A DNA stretch of 64,000 bases from positions 582,979,963 to 583,043,962 of the forward strand of contig NC_133619.1 in assembly GCF_048593235.1 (NCBI RefSeq), written 5' to 3'. Positions 62,059 through 64,000 of the stretch are shown here, in pieces. Positions within the stretch are counted from its first letter, which is position 1. Each line of letters opens with the position of its first letter. The position numbers and the translations under genes are program-made. This stretch comes from Sminthopsis crassicaudata (taxonomy: Eukaryota). The notes beneath the pieces were generated by a model. The model saw only the letters and a list, made by a program, of their open reading frames with translations. It made no database searches and was not told the DNA's origin.

Positions 62059-63844
62059 CACACAATTATTTCTACAAAGAAATGAAAGACACAAAATGAC
62101 TTCTTCACTATTGCACTCCTCTATTTTCTCTTTGTGCATATTTACTGTCTACTTTTCTACTGATATTTTGGAGATACAGAGCTTGATAAATGATCTATTT
62201 TATTCCTAAACAGCTGGGAACAGCAATGATAAGCTTTTAGGTCTCTTTTTAAATACTTTTATTTATTTTTCTAACTTTATTTAAAAATAAACACTTATTT
62301 AAGTATTTAATATTCAATAACAAATATTTAATTACATAATTAAAAACAACTTAAATATTTAAATAAATAATTGAAAATTTTAAGAAATCATTTATTCAAA
62401 CATTTCTATTTGAATAAATGCTTTGCCCTATTTATCCTTCTGCATGATTGAGAAATGACTTGTTTAAAAAATAAATTAGTTTAAAGCTTAACTCAAGGAA
62501 AAAAAAAACTTTTGATTAATCATGTTGTATCTTTTCTCTTTCCTCTTCTACCCATAGTTTTCTGGCCAATATTCCTCAAATAAAAATCTGTTTATCTATG
62601 CAACTATTCAAGATGCTGTTTCTTCTAGAATAAAACACAGACTCTTAATTTTGGCTTTCCCTTTACAATAGTTCTGTATTTCCTGACTATTTTTCCTGAC
62701 TTATTATGCATTTCTCCTAGTCATGCATTTATTTGATTCATCCTAACTGACCTAATTATACATGGCATGGTTGTCTCTTACTCAAGGCATTCTTTCTTTG
62801 TGCTTGTACAAAAAGTGATCTCTATGTGTGAAATACATTTCTCTTTCCTCTCTACTTTTATTTCCTAATTTCCTTCCAATCTCAGATCATACCATGACTT
62901 CTATTTTGGTCTTTTCTTGTTTCCTTGCTAACTAGTGCTGACCTCTCATTTCCTTCAATTTTCTGTTTATTTACTTTGTTTAATTTCATATACATATTTA
63001 TGTACTTCCTTGAGAAAATGTAATTTACTTTAAGGCAGAATTAATTTCATTTTATCCTATTTAAAATGTCTATGATATTAAAATGTGTTGGTTGTTTAAA
63101 TAAATTTATGAGAGCATATCAGTTTTTCAGAGGCTTCCCAGTTCTTTGATATATTTAGATAAATCATTGACAACTTTCTACCAGTAACAGAATCAATAGT
63201 CATGATCACATCTCCACGTGGACTCAGGACAGACCCCCTCATCATAGACATTATTGAGCTTGCAAAACAAATCTCAGCCTCTTACTAAAAAGTATTTGAC
63301 CCTGATTTATATTTTCTGATATAACTAATTTTTCTATGCAAAATCCTTCTTTTGACAGAATCTTTCCTTTGTCCCTTTCATTCTTAGTTGAGATGATACC
63401 CTCTACATTGCACAAAATGACATCAACTGTAAAATTAAAAAAACACACAATAACACCCAAGCTTAATCACAAAGATATTGCTATTACAGTTTTTTTAATC
63501 TTGTATTTAAAAAAAAGTTTCTTAGGTTTTGAAATTTTCTTTTAATTAAATCAACATTTCAAGAAATCCCAGCTACCCTCCTTTACAAAATGAACAATTG
63601 CTTGAACCACAGAATGACACCTGAGCTAAATTCAATATGGCAATAGACCGTTTTTATAAAATGCTCAATATTTTCATCTTGCTTGACTTTAAGACTCACC
63701 ACTAATGTCCCACTTTCTGTAGATTTACTTTCCTAGTGCTTTTCATATGCCTTCCTCATTGCAATTTCCATTTACTCTGCATATATCTTGGATATACCTA
63801 GTGATTTATATGCAATTATGTATTTATTTGTAGTTATTATATTT

Positions 63845-63960
63845 ATATTTCTCCCCCATTGGAATGTGAGCTACTTGAAGGTAGGATTTGTTTTTATTTT
63901 TCCTTGTGTCCCTAGTTTTTGCATAATGTCTGGCAAAAAGTAAGAATTTAAATAACTACT
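63845..63960 (+). mobile_element. L2 3' end fragment
   Basis: ctcccccattggaatgtgagctacttgaaggtagg...tgtccctagtttttgcataatgtctggc. Confidence 0.65.
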
Positions 63961-64000
63961 TATTGGTATTTAAAAATATACAATTTTCTGCTTTTGTCAC

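Larger units (their letters stand above)
52773..62520. repeat. Segmental duplication copy C (expanded by lineage-specific insertions)
   Basis: 52775~41545~33335; 56300~42330; 58470~44375; 62075~45617. Confidence 0.85.

Noticed and set aside
1-64000. CRISPR arrays, tRNA or rRNA genes, prokaryotic systems
   Set aside because: None seen; tRNA-like boxes belong to SINE heads and the DNA is mammalian

Overview
AT-rich mammalian DNA from a class I (OR51/OR52) olfactory receptor cluster. It is very probably marsupial, judged from the CORE-SINE, RTE, L1 and L3 repeat content, and possibly dasyurid (inference only). The draft assembly has six short N gaps. The window holds two intact OR52-family genes (+; 1836-2780 and about 20879-21793) and a tandem triplication of an OR51-family unit (-): copy A is a 5'-deleted pseudogene (34514-35195), and copies B (44606-45565) and C (58722-59675) have intact ORFs. 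The rest is mostly retroelements. I see no evidence of a wholly new biological system. The most notable items, all read from sequence: (1) a 2.3-kb sense L1 with a 14-bp TSD inserted exactly at the predicted splice acceptor of OR51 copy C, placing an AATAAA about 65 nt upstream of an intact ORF; (2) a TSD-bounded ORF1-only (HAL1-like) element carrying a nested solo LTR; (3) block-wise mosaicism among the three OR51 copies; (4) an L1 with intact 5' end in a twin-priming-like inverted layout, forming a long inverted repeat with a neighbouring L1; (5) an OR52 whose N-glycosylation sequon lies upstream of its first ATG. Repeat boundaries and alignments were done by eye and are approximate. Repeat family names come from recalled consensus motifs, not from a database search.
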